In this document: positions 23,853 to 36,400 of the stretch, one piece after another
Layout of the letters: each line of letters begins with the position of its first letter
Position numbering within the stretch: position 1 is the first letter of the stretch
Origin: Phyllobates terribilis
Lineage: Eukaryota
NCBI RefSeq assembly: GCF_046119375.1
Contig: NW_027362763.1
Coordinates: forward strand, 124,744,001 to 124,808,000
Direction of reading: 5' to 3'
DNA: 64,000 bases
Notes under the pieces: model-generated
Told to the model about the DNA's origin: nothing
Databases searched by the model: none
Seen by the model: only the letters and a program-made list of their open reading frames with translations
Position numbers and translations under genes: made by a program

Positions 23853-24947
23853 ATGGATGACCCTGGAGAACCAAGCCATGCGACTGCTGCACCCAGTCCA
23901 GGCCCTTCACCCGGAGGAGAGTCTAGCGGCAGTGTGTTGACACCGGGAGACTTCGAGTTTCTTAACAGGGAGGCTCCAGAGCTTGCAAGGAGGCAGAAGA
24001 AGGCCCAGGAGGCGGCGACGGCTGTGTGGAAAGCAGAGATGCTGCAGCGGATCCGAGACCGCCGCCGAGGAGAGGAGGCTCCGGAAGCAGTCGGCCCGGA
24101 GGTCGAGGTGGAAACCGACCTGACGGCAGGTGAGGAGGCAACCCCTGCCCCGGCTGCGGAGCCCTCGGAGCTGATCCTGGACCTCATGGCGGAGTATGTA
24201 CATCCCCAAACTGTCACCTGGGAGCAGGCGCTGGCTCCTGAGCTGCAAGCGGCGGCTATCGGTGGGAATTTGCACTGCCCCAAAAGCTCTCTAATGGAGG
24301 TGCCTGGAGTTGCGGAGGAGACTACTGCCTCCAACCCGGACTGGTCCGCTCTACTAGAGGACACTCAGCAGCCCGTTCTGACCCCGCTACCTGCCCCGGC
24401 GGTGACCTGGCCCAAGGCCGAAGAGTGGGCCTGGGAAAACCAGGGGGGTGACCTGATGGGCTTCCCGTGGGAGACCGCAGCTGAAGCGCAGAGGAGGAGC
24501 CAATGGTGCAGTGATCAGGTCCTCCAGCTGGCACGGGAGTGACGTCGGCGGGAGCAAAGCTGCGAGCGCCTCGAAGTCCGGACCAAGGCTTCCAAGACTC
24601 GGGCACGACAGGAGGAGGCTACCCATCCCGGTCCCCGGTATGAGGGCAAGGTTGTGCGATTTCACCATGAGGCGGGGTGGGGGTTTATCCGGTGTCCCAT
24701 GTTCCAGGACGATGTGTTCGTCAGCAGGAGGGACGTCGAGCCGCGCCTTAAGAAAGGACACCCCGGCCGGAACATCTTCCCGGGCGACACAGTGACTTTC
24801 ACTCGCCACCAGGGGGAGCGTGGGTGGTACGCCCTGGACGTCTGCAAAGTGTCTGGGAGTGACGCCACCCCCTCCTCAGCCTCAGGTGACCGGCTAGCCT
24901 CTGTCGGGAGGAATGAGCTCTTCCCTCCACGTGAGCCCCAAGTCTAA
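23853..24947 (+). pseudogene. 364-codon ORF: acidic/Pro-Ala-rich N-terminus plus C-terminal cold-shock domain; one in-frame TGA at 24540-24542
   Basis: Track ORFs 23853-24542 and 24654-24947 share a frame and are separated only by TGA. The C-terminal YEGKVVRF..GWGFI..DDVFVS..GDTVTF..GWYALDV matches the CSD pattern. Confidence 0.75.
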
Positions 24948-25522
24948 AGCAGCCCCCCCCCGGCTGCTGTTGTAGTTGTTTGAAGTTTAATTAAATGCTG
25001 CTATTTTATGTTTACCTTTTCTTATAGAGACTTTGGTCCCTGCGGACTATGGCAGGAGGCGGACTGCATTGTAAATAGTTATGCATCTATTTAGGTGCTC
25101 CCTATTGGTTTTATACAAAACCGTGCCTACTTTCTACCTCAGACCTCAGAAGCAAAACCTGTCTGGAGTGGCTTTTGTGGGGGTCCAACTCTGGATCTTC
25201 ATGCCCTGCAGCCACCCCAGGGCCCACGTAGAGGGTTTAGGGCAGGTCCCTCTTGCTACTGAACTGACCGTCGTCACCTTTAAGCAGTCCGCTGTCTTGA
25301 TCAAAAAGTCTCTTGTCTTAATTTATAATTTTGCACTTTTATGCCTTTGTACTTTTATAATTTTATACTTTGCACTTTTGTACTTTTATAACTGTTATGC
25401 AACGTTACAAGAAATGTGCCTCCCATGAAGGGATGATAGTTTTACTTGTTATATAAAAAGGAATTTTCCTGGGTGCTATTCCTTTGCAGCTCGCGGACGT
25501 GCTGTGTTTTACCAGGGGGGAA

Positions 25523-26397
25523 TGTGGCGCCCCTGAGGGTTCGACCGCCACAGGAATGCTGCACTTCTTTAATGGAGTGTGGTGTTCCTCCTCTGAGGTA
25601 AGGCCGGTATGATGGTAGTTACCTAGCCTCTTGCATCCAACACCACATCTCCACCAGAGGGAGCTAGTATGCACTAGGTGCTGCTCCCCTGGTTACAGGG
25701 AGCCTGGGGAACACAAAGTGGTAGGAACCAGTTAGTGGGTGTGGGTGGAGGAACAGTTAGTTAGTTACACTTCTAATTTCATATTTAATAGAATGCCATC
25801 TTTGATCTTGGTCTTTCTGCTGGTTCAAACCTGGTCCTGTGTGGACCTGTCCTTCTTAGTGGTCTTTTTGGTTGCTGTAAAACTACTGTGTGTAATGTGA
25901 CTCCCGTCTGGGAGTGCAGATCCTGTGTGGGCCTGCACCGGCAAGGGACACAGCCCTCGTACCCTGGCCTTGGGACGAGAGGTAGGTTGCAGACAAGGAA
26001 TGTCTCAACCCGGCCAAGGACCAGGATCAAGAAGGCCCGGGAGCTTTAGAGTGTGGCTCCCTAGCAAATGGGTCCCGGGGAGGATGCAGACGGAGCGGAG
26101 CATGCCACCTGTCCTCGCCTACCTGATCTATTCAGAGGGATTCCGGCTGCAAGAGGGGTACCGGCCCCCGACACCCGACCTTGTACTCTACGTCCAGGAC
26201 GGGAAAGCTTGGTTAGGCCCTGAGGATCCCGCCGGGCTTCGGATGGAGAGGAATTGCCACCCGAGCCCTAACATCATTTTCAATGTGACGGCCCTGGGCA
26301 CGGAACGGGTCCAGGCCACGACTGCATCCCCGTTCTCAACATCTGACCCGGCTCCGAGTACCCCATCTTCCCAGGGCAGGGCTTGAGAGGCGTCACA
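25523..26397 (+). repeat. 3' LTR of CSD element
   Basis: Direct repeat of 22592-23465, preceded by PPT. Confidence 0.95.
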
Positions 26398-26459
26398 CCA
26401 GTAGGTTGCGGAACACTTGGAAACAGGACCCAGACCAGTACTTGAGTACAGACTACGCC

Positions 26460-26560
26460 CGTCAAGGTCCAAATCCCAGACTTCTGCCAGTCAAGACCCG
26501 AATCCCAGACTTGTGCCGGTCAAGATCCAGAGCCCAGACGATGCCTGTCAAGAGTTGGAG
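26460..26560 (+). repeat. Short ~29-bp tandem repeat (3-4 copies)
   Basis: GTCAAGGTCCAAATCCCAGACTTCTGCCA / GTCAAGACCCGAATCCCAGACTTGTGCCG / GTCAAGATCCAGAGCCCAGACGATGCCT. Confidence 0.6.
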
Positions 26561-27442
26561 CTCAGTCCTCATCTCTTCAGACTGAGGAGACACCCGCCGT
26601 AGGTCAATCACTGAAGATCCGTGAGTAGACCCCACCCGGTAGAGGACGCCTGCGGTGGTGAATGGAAGACGCAAGTGAGCCAGGCTGTCGCTTCCAGCAC
26701 TGACATACGGTACAGGGGTGGACCTAAGCTAGGACAGCAGACAACGAGGGGGGTCAGTTGAAGCGAAGGAGGACCAACGTGCTTTGGTAGACTTTGTCAG
26801 GAGGACTTGCAGCCTAGTGAGAATAACCAGTGATCCCCGCTAGGGCGATTAACACAGGAGGAGCCAGTAAGTTAGCTCCCACGTTAACGAGTGTACAACC
26901 GCTGTCAGACGGTTATGACAGTAAGTAGTCAGAGACTTCCATAATGCATGAGTTGCCAAAGATGATGAAAAATGACAAAGATGGCCCCCTGACCGAATGA
27001 AGATATCAGGTGAGGACAGAGTGAGTATTTTTTCATTTGTTTAACCCCTACTAGACATGCATAAATCCAGAAAAAAGGCCATTGGCTGGAATAAGATTTT
27101 GCTATTCTTATACAAATTGAAACACAAAAAAAATTACAATTCTGGCAAATATGATTTTTTGTGTGAAATTCGATGCAAATTAGATTCACCTCGATGCGAT
27201 TCTTTAATCCGTTTTATCTTGCTTTTCTTGCTGGCCAGCCCTTATCAATCTCTACACTGCTCTTATTGATTATACAGAATCCATATTATTTTAGTCAGCA
27301 AATCACAAAGACGCTTTCATTGACTGAGCTGCTATGATGATGATGGCGTATACTGAGCAGTCTGCTGTCACAGATGGTGGAGCCATTATAGTGGGTCTTG
27401 CAGTTTTCAGCCCTCGTATTCAAATCACAAAACGTTAAGCAC

Positions 27443-30400
27443 TTCACTACCCCAGCCCATCAGGTATGTTACCATTACCCCTTCACTGCCCTAGCCCATC
27501 AGGAATGTTACCATTACCCCTTCACTGCCTCAGCCCATCAGGGATGTTACCATTACCCCTTCACTGCCTAAGCCCATCAGGAATGTTACCATTACCCCTT
27601 CACTGCCTCAGCCCATCAGGGATGTTACCATTACCCCTTCACTGCTCCAGCCCATCAGGGATGTTACCATTACCCCTTCACTGCTCCAGCCCATCAGGGA
27701 TGTTACCATTACCCCTTCCCTGCCCCAGCCCATCAGGTATGTTACCATTACCCTTTCACTGCCTCAGCCCATCAGGAATGTTACCATTACCCCTTCACTG
27801 CCTCAGCCCATCAGGTATGTTACCATTACCCCTTCACTGCCCAAGCCCATCAGGAATGTTACCATTACCCCTTCACTGCCTCAGCCCATCAGGGATGTTA
27901 CCATCACCCCTTCACTGCTCCAGCCCATCAGGGATGTTACCATTACCCCTTCACTGCTCCAGCCCATCAGGGATGTTACCATTACCCCTTCACTGCCTCA
28001 GCCCATCAGGAATGTTACCATTACCCCTTCACTGCCCCAGCCCATCAGGGATGTTACCATTACCCCTTCACTGCCCCAGCCCATCAGGGATGTTACCATT
28101 ACCCCTTCACTGCTCCAGTCCATCGGAGATGTTACCAGTACCCCTTCACTTCCCCAGCCCATCAAGAATGTTACCATTACCCCTTCACTGCCCCAGTCCA
28201 TCAGGGATGTTACCATTAACCCTTCACTGCCCCAGCCTATCAGGGATGTTACCATTACCCCTTCACTGCCCCAGTCCATCAGAGATGTTACCAGTACCCC
28301 TTCACTTCCCCAGCCCATCAGGAATATTACCATTACCCCTTCACTGCCCCAGTCCATCAGGGATGTTACCATTAACCCTTCCCTGCCCCAGCACATCAGG
28401 GATGTTACCATTACCCCTTCACTTCCCCAGCCCATCAGGAATGTTACCATCACCCCTTCACTGCTCCAGCCCATCAGGGATGTTACCATTACCCCTTCAC
28501 TGCTCCAGCCCATCAGGGATGTTACCATTACCCCTTCACTGCCTCAGCCCATCAGGAATGTTACCATTACCCCTTCACTGCCCCAGTCCATCAGGAATGT
28601 TACCATCACCCCTTCACTGCTCCAGCCCATCAGGGATGTTACCATTACCCCTTCACTGCTCCAGCCCATCAGGGATGTTACCATTACCCCTTCACTGCCT
28701 CAGCCCATCAGGAATGTTACCATTACCCCTTCACTGCCCCAGCCCATCAGGGATGTTACCATTACCCCTTCACTGCCCCAGCCCATCAGGGATGTTACCA
28801 TTACCCCTTCACTGCCCCAGCCCATCAGGGATGTTACCATTACCCCTTCACTGCTCCAGTCCATCGGAGATGTTACCAGTACCCCTTCACTTCCCCAGCC
28901 CATCAAGAATGTTACCATTACCCCTTCACTGCCCCAGTCCATCAGGGTTGTTACCATTAACCCTTCACTGCCCCAGCCTATCAGGGATGTTACCATTACC
29001 CCTTCACTGCCCCAGTCCATCAGAGATGTTACCAGTACCCCTTCACTTCCCCAGCCCATCAGGAATATTACCATTACCCCTTCACTGCCCCAGTCCATCA
29101 GGGATATTACCATTAACCCTTCCCTGCCCCAGCACATCAGGGATGTTACCATTACCCCTTCACTTCCCCAGCCCATCAGGAATGTTACCATTACCCCTTC
29201 ACTGCCCCTGCCCATCAAGAATGTTACCATTACCCCTTCACTGCCCCTGCCCATCAAGAATGTTACCATTACCCCTTCACTGCCTCAGCCCATCAGGGAT
29301 GTTACCATTACCCCTTCACTGCCCCAGCACATCAGGAATGTTATAATTACCCCTTCACTGCCTCAGCCCATCAGGAATGTTACCATTACCCCTTCACTGT
29401 CTCAGCCCATCAGGGATGTTACCATTACCCCTTCACAGCCTCATCCCATCAGGGATGTTACCATTACCCCTTCACTGCCCCAGCACATCAGGAATGTTAT
29501 AATTACCCCTTCACTGCCTCAGCCCATCAGGAATGTTACCATTACCCCTTCACTGTCTCAGCCCATCAGGGATGTTACCATTACCCCTTCACTGCCTCAG
29601 CCCATCAGGGATGTTACCATTACCCCTTCACTGCACCAGCACATCAGGAATGTTATAATTACCCCTTTACTATCTCAACCCATCAGGAATGTTACCATTA
29701 CCCCTTCACTGTCTCAGCCCATCAGGGATGTTACCATTACTCCTTCACTGCCCCAGCACATCAGGAATGTTATAATTACCCCTTCACTGCCTCAGCCCAT
29801 CAGGAATGTTATAATTACCCCTTCACTGTCTCAGCCCATCAGGGATGTTACCATTACCCCTTCATTGCCCCAGCCCATCAGGGAAGTTACCATTACCCCT
29901 TCACTGCCTTAGCCCATCAGGAATGTTACCATTACCCCTTCACTGCTCCAGCCCATCAGGGAAGTTACCATTTCACCTTCACTGCCTTAGCCCATCAGGA
30001 ATGTTACCATTACCCCTTCACTGCCTCAGCCTATCAGGAATGTTACCATTACCCCTTCACTGCCCCAGCCCATCAGGGAAGTTACCATTACCCCTTCACT
30101 GCCTTAGCCCATCAGGAATGTTACCATTACCCCTTCACTGTCGCAGCCCATCAGGGATGTTACCATTACTCCTTCACTGCCTCAGCCCATCAGGGATGTT
30201 ACCATTACCTCTTTACTGCACCAGCACATCAGGAATGTTACCATTACCCCTTCCCTGCCCCAGCCCATCAGGAATGTTACCATTACCCCTTCACTGCCCC
30301 CCCAGCCCATCAGGGATGTTAGCATTACCCCTTCACTTCCCCAGCCCATCAGGAATGTTACCATTCTCCTTCATTGCCCCAGCCCATCAGGGATGTTACC

Positions 30401-33400
30401 ATTACCCCTTCACTGCCCCAGTCTATCAGGAATGTTACCATTCTCCTTCACTGCCCCAGCCCATCAGCGATGTTACCATTATCCCCTTCACTGCCCCAGC
30501 CCATCAGGAATGTTGCCATTACCCCTTCACTGCCCCAGCCCATCAGGGATGTTACCATTACCCCTTCACTGCCCTAGCCCATCAGGAATGTTACCATTAC
30601 CCCTTCACTGCCCCAGCCCATCAGGAATGTTACCATTACCCCTTCACTGCCTCAGTCCATCAGGGATGTTACCATTACCCCTTCATTGCCCCAGCCCATC
30701 AGGGATGTTACCATTACCCCTTCACTGCCCCAGCCCATTAGGGATGTTACCATTACCCCTTTACATCCCCAGTCCATCAGAAATGTTACCATTAACCCTT
30801 CGCTGCCCCAGTCCATCAGAAATAATACCTTTACCCCTTCTCTGCCCCAGCCCATCAGGGAGGTTACCATTACCCCTTCACTGCCCCAGCCCATCAGAAA
30901 TGTTACCATTACCCCTTCACAGCCTCAGCCCATCAGGAATGTTACCATTACCCCTTCACTGCTCCAGCCCATCAGGGATGTTTCCATTACTCCTTCACTG
31001 CCTCAGCCCATCAGGGATGTTACGATTACCTTTTTACTGCCCCAGCACATCAGGAATGTTACCATTACCCCTTCCCTGCCCCAGTCCATCAGGGATGTTA
31101 CCATTACCCCTTCACTGCCCCAGCCCATCAGGAATGTTACCATTACCCCTTCACTGCCCCAGCCCATCAAGAATGTTACCATTACCCCTTCACTGCTTCA
31201 GCCCATCAGGGATGTTAGCATTACCCCTTCACTTCCCCAGCCCATCAGGAATGTTACCATTCTCCTTCATTGCCCCAGCCCATCAGGGATGTTACCAATA
31301 CCCCTTCACTGCCCCAGCCCATCAGGGATGTTACCAATACCCCTTCACTGCCCCAGCCCATCAGGAATGTTACCATTACCCCTTCACTGCCCCAGCCCAT
31401 CAAGAATGTTACCATTACCCCTTCACTGCTTCAGCCCATCAGGGATGTTAGCATTACCCCTTTACTTCCCCAGCCCATCAGGAATGTTAAAATTCTCCTT
31501 CAATGCCCCAGCCCATCAGGAATGTTACCATTACCCCTTCACTGCCCCAGCCCATCAGGGAAGTTACCATTACCCCTTCACTGCCTTAGCCCATCAGGAA
31601 TGTTACCATTACCCCTTCACTGTCGCAGCCCATCAGGGATGTTACCATTACTCCTTCACTGCCTCAGCCCATCAGGGATGTTACCATTACCTCTTTACTG
31701 CCCCAGCACATCAGGAATGTTACCATTACCCCTTCCCTGCCCCAGCCCATCAGGAATGTTACCATTACCCCTTCACTGCCCCCCCAGCCCATCAGGGATG
31801 TTAGCATTACCCCTTCACTTCCCCAGCCCATCAGGAATGTTACCATTCTCCTTCATTGCCCCAGCCCATCAGGGATGTTACCATCACCCCTTCACTGCAA
31901 CAGTCTATCAGGAATGTTACCATTCTCCTTCACTGCCCCAGCCCATCAGCGATGTTACCATTATCCCCTTCACTGCCCCAGCCCATCAGGAATGTTGCCA
32001 TTACCCCTTCACTGTCCCAGCCCATCAGGGATGTTACCATTACCCCTTCACTGCCCTAGCCCATCAGGAATGTTACCATTACCCCTTCACTGCCCCAGCC
32101 CATCAGGAATGTTACCATTACCCCTTCACTGCCTCAGTCCATCAGGGATGTTACCATTACCCCTTCATTGCCCCAGCCCATCAGGGATGTTACCATTACC
32201 CCTTCACTGCCCCAGCCCATTAGGGATGTTACCATTACCCCTTTACTTCCCCAGTCCATCAGAAATGTTACCATTAACCCTTCGCTGCCCCAGTCCATCA
32301 GAAATAATACCTTTACCCCTTCTCTGCCCCAGCCCATCAGGGAGGTTACCATTACCCCTTCACTGCCCCAGCCCATCAGAAATGTTACCATTACCCCTTC
32401 ACAGCCTCAGCCCATCAGGAATGTTACCATTACCCCTTCACTGCTCCAGCCCATCAGGGATGTTTCCATTACTCCTTCACTGCCTCAGCCCATCAGGGAT
32501 GTTACGATTACCTTTTTACTGCCCCAGCACATCAGGAATGTTACCATTACCCCTTCCCTGCCCCAGTCCATCAGGGATGTTACCATTACCCCTTCACTGC
32601 CCCAGCCCATCAGGAATGTTACCATTACCCCTTCACTGCCCCAGCCCATCAAGAATGTTACCATTACCCCTTCACTGCTTCAGCCCATCAGGGATGTTAG
32701 CATTACCCCTTCACTTCCCCAGCCCATCAGGAATGTTACCATTCTCCTTCATTGCCCCAGCCCATCAGGGATGTTACCAATACCCCTTCACTGCCCCAGC
32801 CCATCAGGGATGTTACCAATACCCCTTCACTGCCCCAGCCCATCAGGAATGTTACCATTACCCCTTCACTGCCCCAGCCCATCAAGAATGTTACCATTAC
32901 CCCTTCACTGCTTCAGCCCATCAGGGATGTTAGCATTACCCCTTTACTTCCCCAGCCCATCAGGAATGTTAAAATTCTCATTCAATGCCCCAGCCCATCA
33001 GGGATGTTACCATTACCCCTTCACTGCCCCAGCCCATCAGGAATGTTGCCATTACCCCTTCACTGCCCCAGCCCATCAGGAATGTTACCATTGCCTCTTT
33101 ACTGCCCCAGCACATGAGGAATGTTATCATTACCCCTTCACTAGCCCAGTCCATCAGCAGTGTTACCATTACCCCTTCACTGCCCCAGCCCATCAGGAAT
33201 GTTACCATTACACCTTCATTGCCCCAGTTCATCAGGAATGTTACCATTACCCCTTCACTGCCCCAGTCCACCAGGAATGTTACCAATACCCCTTCAATGC
33301 CTCAGCCCATCAGGGATGTTACCATTACCCCTTCATTGCCCCAGTTCATCAGGAATGTTACCATTACCCCTTCACTGTATCAGCCCATCAGGAATGTTAC

Positions 33401-36400
33401 CATTACCCCTTCACTGCGTCAGCCCATCAGGGATGTTACCATTACACCTTCACTGCCCCAGTCCATCAGGGATGTTACCATTACCCCTTCACTGCCTCAG
33501 CCCATCAGGAATGTTACCATTACCCCTTCACTGCCCCAGTCCATCAGGGATGTTACCATTACCCCTTCACTGTCCCAGTCCATCAGGGATGTTACCATTA
33601 CATCTTTGCTGCCCCAGCACATCAGGAATGTTATCATTACCCCTTCACTAGCCCAGTCCATCAGGAATGTTACCATTACCCCTTCACTAGCCCAGTCCAT
33701 CAGGAATGTTACCATTACCCCTTCACTGCCCCAGCCCATCAGGAATGTTACCATTGCCCCTTCACTGCCCCAGTCCATCAGGGATGTTACCATTACCCCT
33801 TTACTGCCCCAGCCCATCAGGGATGTTAGTATTAACCCTTCACTGCCCCCAGTCCATCAGGAATGTTACCATTACCCCGTCACTGCCCCAGCCCATCAGG
33901 AATGTTACCATTACCCCGTCACTGCCCCAGCCCATAAGGGATGTTACCTTTACGCCTTTACTGCCTCAGCTCATCAGGGATGCTACTATTACCCCTTCAC
34001 TGCCCCAGCCCATCAGGAATGTTACCATTACCCCTTCACTGCCTCAGACCATCAGGAATGTTACCATTACCCCTTCACTGCCCCAGCCCATCAGGGAAGT
34101 TACCATTACCCCTTCACTGCCCCAGCACATCAGGAATGTTACCATTACCCCTTCACTGCCTCAGCCCATCAGGAATGTTACCATTACCCCTTCACTACCT
34201 CAGCTCATCAGGGATGTTACCATTACCCCATTCACTGCCCCAGCCCATCAGGGATGTTACCATTACCCCTTCACTGCCCCAGCCCATCAGGAATGTTACC
34301 ATTACCCCTTCACTGGCCCAGCCCATCTGCAATGTTACCATTACTCCTTCACTGCCCCAGCCCATCAGGGATGTTACCATTACCCCTTCACTGCCTCATC
34401 TCATCAGGGATGTTACCATTACCCCATTCACTGCTCTAGCCCATCAGGGATGTTACCATTACCCCTTTACTGCCTCAGTCTATCAGGAATGTTACCATTA
34501 CCCCTTCACTGACCCAGCCCATCAGGGATGTTACCATTACCCCTTCACTGCCCCAATCCATCAGGAATGTTACCATTACCCCTTCACTGCCTCAGCCCAT
34601 CAGGAATGTTACCATTACCCCTTCACTGACCCAGCCCATCAGGAATGATACTATTTCCCTTCACTGCACCAGCCCATCAGGGATGTTACCATTACCCCTT
34701 CACTGCCCCAGTCCATCAGGGAAGTTACCATTACCCCTTCACTGCCTCAGCCCATCAGGAATGTTACCATTACCCCTTCACTGCCTCAGCCCATCAGGAA
34801 TGTTACCATTACCCCTTCACTGCCTCAGCCCATCAGGAATGTTACCATTACCCCTTCACTGATCCAGCCCATTAGGGATGTTACCATTACCCGTTTACTT
34901 CCCCAGTCCATCAGAAATGTTACCATTAAACCTTCAGTGCCCCAGTCCATCAGAAATGTTACCTTTACCCCTTCACTGCCCCAGCCCATCAGGTATGTTA
35001 CCATTACCCCTTCACGGCCTCAGCCCATCAGGAATGTTACCATTACCCCTTCACTGCTCCAGCCCATCAGGGATGTTACCATTACTCCATCACTGCCTCA
35101 GCCCATCAGGGATGTTACCATTACCTCTTTACTGCCCCAGCCCACCAGGAATGTTACCAATACCCCTTCACTGCCCCAGTCCATCAGGGATGTTAGCATT
35201 ACCCCTTCACTGCCCCAGCCCATCAGGGATGTTACTATTACGCCTTCACTGCGCCAGTCCATCAGGAATGTTACCATTACCCCTTCACTACCCCAGTCCA
35301 TCAGCAGTGTTACCATTACCCCTTCACTGCCCCAGCCCATCAGGAATGTTACCATTACCCCTTCTCTGCCTCAGACCATCAGGAATGTTACCATTACCCC
35401 TTCTCTGCCTCAGACCATCAGGAATGGTACCATTACCCCTTCACTGCCCCAGCCCATCAGGGATGTTAGCATTACCCCTTCACTGCCCCAGCACATCAGG
35501 GATGTTATCATTACCCCTTCACTGCCCCAGTCCATCAGGAATGTTACCATTACCCCTTCACTACCCCAGACCATCAAGGATGTTACCATTACGCCTTCAC
35601 TGCCCTAACCCATCAGGAATGTTACCATTACCCCTTCACTGCCCCAGTCCATCAGGGATGTTACCATTAACCCTACACTACCTCAGCCCATCAGGGATGT
35701 TACCATTACCCCTTCACTGCCCCAGCCCATCAGGGATGTTACCATTACCCCTTCACTGCCCCAGTCCATCAGGGATGTTACCATTACCCCTTCACTGCCC
35801 CAGCCCATCAGGGATGTTAGCATTACCCCTTCACTGCCCCAGCCCATCAGGAATGTTACCATTACCCCGTCACTGCCCCAGCCCATCAGGAATGTTACCA
35901 TTACCCCTTCACTGCTACAGCCCATCAGGGATGTTAGCTTTACCACTTCACTGCCTCAGCTCATCAGGGATGTTACTATTACCCTTTCACTGCCCCAGCC
36001 CATCAGGAATGTTACCATTACCCCTTCTCTGCCTCAGACCATCAGGAATGTTACCATTATGCCTTCACTGCCCCAGCTCATCTGCAATGTTACCATTACC
36101 CCTTCACTGCCCCAGCCCATCAGGGATGTTACCATTACCCCTTCACAGCCTCAGCTCATCAGGGATGTTACCATTACCCCTTCACTGCCCCAGCCCATGA
36201 GGGATGTTACCATTATCCCTTCACTGCCCCAGCCCATGAGGGATGTTACCATTACCCCTTTACTTCCCCAGTCCATCAGAAATGTTACCATTAACCCTTC
36301 ACTGCCCCAGTCCATCAGAAATGTTACCTTTACCCCTTCACTGCCCCAGCCCATCAGGGATGTTACCATTACCCCTTCACTGCCTCAGCCCATCAGGAAT

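Larger units (their letters stand above)
22592..26397 (+). mobile_element. Non-autonomous LTR retrotransposon carrying a cold-shock-domain ORF
   Basis: Two ~875-bp LTRs (TG...CA), 4-bp TSD CCAG (22588-22591, 26398-26401), tRNA-Ser PBS, PPT ACCAGGGGGGAA; 2057-bp interior without recognisable PR/RT/IN. Confidence 0.93.

Noticed and set aside
23708-24809. Antisense ORFs (218, 140, 122 aa) in the CSD element
   Set aside because: Expected shadows of a GC-rich sense ORF; no motifs.
22440-26920. An older solo LTR hosting the CSD element (22440-22587 plus 26402-26920)
   Set aside because: GC-rich and LTR-like with a short tandem repeat, but I could not find matching TG...CA ends with a TSD.
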